Origin: Anaerolineales bacterium
Lineage (GTDB): Bacteria > Chloroflexota > Anaerolineae > Anaerolineales > E44-bin32
Assembly (NCBI GenBank): GCA_036397095.1
Contig: DASWJQ010000195.1
Coordinates: 44,070-108,069, forward strand
Direction: 5' to 3'
DNA length: 64,000 bases
The notes beneath the pieces were generated by a model that was given only the letters and a program-made list of their open reading frames with translations, did no database searches and had not been told where the DNA came from. How positions within the stretch are numbered: the first letter of the stretch is position 1; each line of letters begins with the position of its first letter. The translations under genes and the position numbers were made by a program. Below are positions 62,331 through 64,000 of the stretch, piece after piece.

Positions 62331-63076
62331 GGCACCCCCGCCGCCTGCAGCGCCCCGACCGAGCTCTCAAAGTCGGCCTGGCCAAAAACCTCCAGCGTGA
62401 GAACACCTTGGTAGTCATGATCCAGCAGCGGCCGCAGCACCCGGGCAAGCTCCTTCGAATCGGCGTGGCTCAGCGATTGGTGGTCGCGGCTGCCCAGCCC
62501 GTGCAAGTGGATAACCCGCGCCCGCGCCAGGTGGCGCTCGAGGAATGGAACCGGGTCGTGCCCATCGACCCACAGATGGCCAATGTCCAGGCAGCGGCTA
62601 ACCGGCACCCGTTCAAGCACCGGGTCAATGAAATCCAGCGGGTATCCTTCCAGATTCTCGACGGCCAGCAATTCGGGGGCCCCCGCCCAGGCGGCGGTCA
62701 GCTCCAGCGAGCAGGCGGCCTGGTCGATCCAAGCTTCGTAATCCGTCATGTGCTTGCCTTCAAGATGCAGCACATAAGCCCATGGTGCCAGCGCTTTGGT
62801 GCGCTCGATCACCCGTTGGGCCTTCTCCAACGAGGCGTGACCGGTCGAGCCATCGTCCCCCATGCGCAGGTCGAGCGGCAAGTGAACCGTGTAGCTTAGG
62901 TCGTGCTCTGACGCCAACGCCGCCAGTTCGCCAACCACGGCTGTCGACGGCAGGTTGTTCTGACCGTCGTCAACTTCGAACAGGACCAACTCAACGTCGT
63001 CGACACGCGGCGCCAGGTACTGCACGTTGGGCAGGATGTCGGCCGGCAAGATGTAGGATGTGGTTCCCAGGCGCAC
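62315..63076 (-). CDS. Xylose-isomerase-like TIM-barrel (AP endonuclease 2 family) protein, candidate CbiR-type cobamide remodelling enzyme
   Basis: 253 aa from GTG 63076 (GGGGAGG upstream, after the cobS stop). The longer ORF-track start overlaps cobS. Family call from general pattern and its position between cobS and cobU. Confidence 0.45.
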   Translation of the reverse strand: MRLGTTSYILPADILPNVQYLAPRVDDVELVLFEVDDGQNNLPSTAVVGELAALASEHDLSYTVHLPLDLRMGDDGSTGHASLEKAQRVIERTKALAPWAYVLHLEGKHMTDYEAWIDQAACSLELTAAWAGAPELLAVENLEGYPLDFIDPVLERVPVSRCLDIGHLWVDGHDPVPFLERHLARARVIHLHGLGSRDHQSLSHADSKELARVLRPLLDHDYQGVLTLEVFGQADFESSVGALQAAGVPWPAG

Positions 63077-63081
63077 CGGGG

Positions 63082-63804
63082 TCAGCCTCCCCAGCGCAGG
63101 GAAAAGCCCACCAGCACAGCAACCTCCACCAGCTCGATCGAGGCGCCCAACACATCCCCCGTTTGACCCCCGAGCCGGGCCATCGCCAGCCGGCCAAGGA
63201 GCCAAGTGGTCGACAGCCCCAGCACGAGCGCGACCACTCCCTGCCACCCCAGCCAGGCACAGGCAGCCAGCAACGGCAGCCCCCACAGCAGGCTAGGCCA
63301 GCCGAGTTCGGCGTGCAGCCGACCACCAAGACCCCCGTCCCTGGCTGGTTTGGCCCGGGCCAACAGCAGCACGGTCCAGCGGGCAATCGTCGGCGCCAGC
63401 AGCAGCCCGGTGCTGGCCGCCAAGGAGCCGATCGCCAGGGTTTTGACCAGCAGGACCAGGATCAAACTGGCGACACCAAAAGCGCCAACATGCACATCCG
63501 ACAGGATTTCAAGCCGGCGGGCGGGCGTGGCCGAGGCCAACAGCCCATCCCCGCAATCGGCCACCCCGTCCAGGTGCAAGCCGCCGGTCAGCCCGACCCA
63601 CAGCGCAAGGGTCAGCCCCGCCGTCAGCGCGGCCGGCACAACTATTCCCAACAGCCCGTGCGCCGCCCATAGACACAGGCCGAGGGCCAGCCCGACCGCC
63701 GGATACCAGATCGCCGCCCGGCCCAGTTGGCCCGGCTCGAGTTCGCCCTTGGGCCGGACCGGCAGGATCGTCAGGAAGCCAAGCGCCCAGCGCAGCCCGG
63801 TCAC
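63082..63804 (-). CDS. cobS: Adenosylcobinamide-GDP ribazoletransferase (cobalamin synthase)
   Basis: 240 aa polytopic. [17 protein letters not shown]-terminus and the [10 protein letters not shown] motif. Confidence 0.85.
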   Translation of the reverse strand: MTGLRWALGFLTILPVRPKGELEPGQLGRAAIWYPAVGLALGLCLWAAHGLLGIVVPAALTAGLTLALWVGLTGGLHLDGVADCGDGLLASATPARRLEILSDVHVGAFGVASLILVLLVKTLAIGSLAASTGLLLAPTIARWTVLLLARAKPARDGGLGGRLHAELGWPSLLWGLPLLAACAWLGWQGVVALVLGLSTTWLLGRLAMARLGGQTGDVLGASIELVEVAVLVGFSLRWGG

Positions 63805-64000
63805 GCCTTGTCGCTCACCCCGGCCGATTCGAAGGTGGCCATCTCGCGCAGCACGCGGGCGGCCGCTTCGATGGTGTGCATTGCCAGCGCAGCGCCGGTC
63901 CCCTCGCCCAGACGCAGATCGAGCTTGAACAACGGCACCAGACCCAGGTTCTCAAGGATGACTCGATGGCCGATTTCAACCGACTGATGCGAAGCGATCA
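63801..64000 (-). CDS. cobT: Nicotinate-nucleotide--dimethylbenzimidazole phosphoribosyltransferase, C-terminal fragment (runs off window)
   Basis: My translation of the minus strand ends ...[47 protein letters not shown] overlap with the cobS start. Confidence 0.8.
   Translation of the reverse strand, partial: IASHQSVEIGHRVILENLGLVPLFKLDLRLGEGTGAALAMHTIEAAARVLREMATFESAGVSDKA

Noticed and set aside
1-64000. Search for tRNA, rRNA and tmRNA genes
   Set aside because: No T-arm-like GGTTCGAATCC context or rRNA-like conserved blocks were noticed while reading both strands. This was a visual scan only; tRNAscan/Infernal would be decisive.

Overview
High-GC bacterial sequence. The gene content (monoderm-type Tad pilus, sortases, Tat-dependent reductive dehalogenases) suggests a Chloroflexota-like organism, but that is inference only. 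All calls come from reading the sequence and the ORF track, with no database searches. The window has three parts. (1) Positions 1-25858 form one perfect palindrome with no spacer: 1..12929 is the exact reverse complement of 12930..25858, the axis lies at 12929|12930, and x pairs with 25859-x. As a result 15 genes appear twice in mirror image: an M19 dipeptidase, an 8-gene translationally coupled Tad/Flp pilus operon, a DUF3048 lipoprotein, an NfuA-like protein and two sortase-fold genes. The left arm runs off the window edge. The axis lies in a GATC site 39 bp upstream of a sortase gene. The most likely cause is a fold-back or ligation chimera at a contig end. The interesting alternatives are a hairpin telomere, a mis-circularised linear replicon, or a real inverted duplication. 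(2) Positions 25.9-44.2 kb hold mixed housekeeping and accessory genes: an LLM oxidoreductase, a tandem USP, a Lon-like protease, lipA, gltA, csaA and a large PA14 surface lipoprotein. This stretch is punctuated by a repeat family I do not recognise: 80-135 bp hairpin elements built from CACRAAG / CTTYGTG heptads with AACCAC/GTGGTT tips. There are seven copies, all in the same polarity, and one is split by an IS3-family insertion. (3) Positions 44.5-64 kb begin at an IS110-family transposase and form an organohalide-respiration-type island. It contains three rdhA/rdhB pairs in different arrangements, an RdhC/NosR-like flavoprotein with ApbE and TatA, a NarL-type two-component system, a divergent GroEL paralogue with no GroES, and a cobamide salvage/remodelling cluster (cobT-cobS-cbiR-like-cobU). 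No rRNA, tRNA or CRISPR array was seen.
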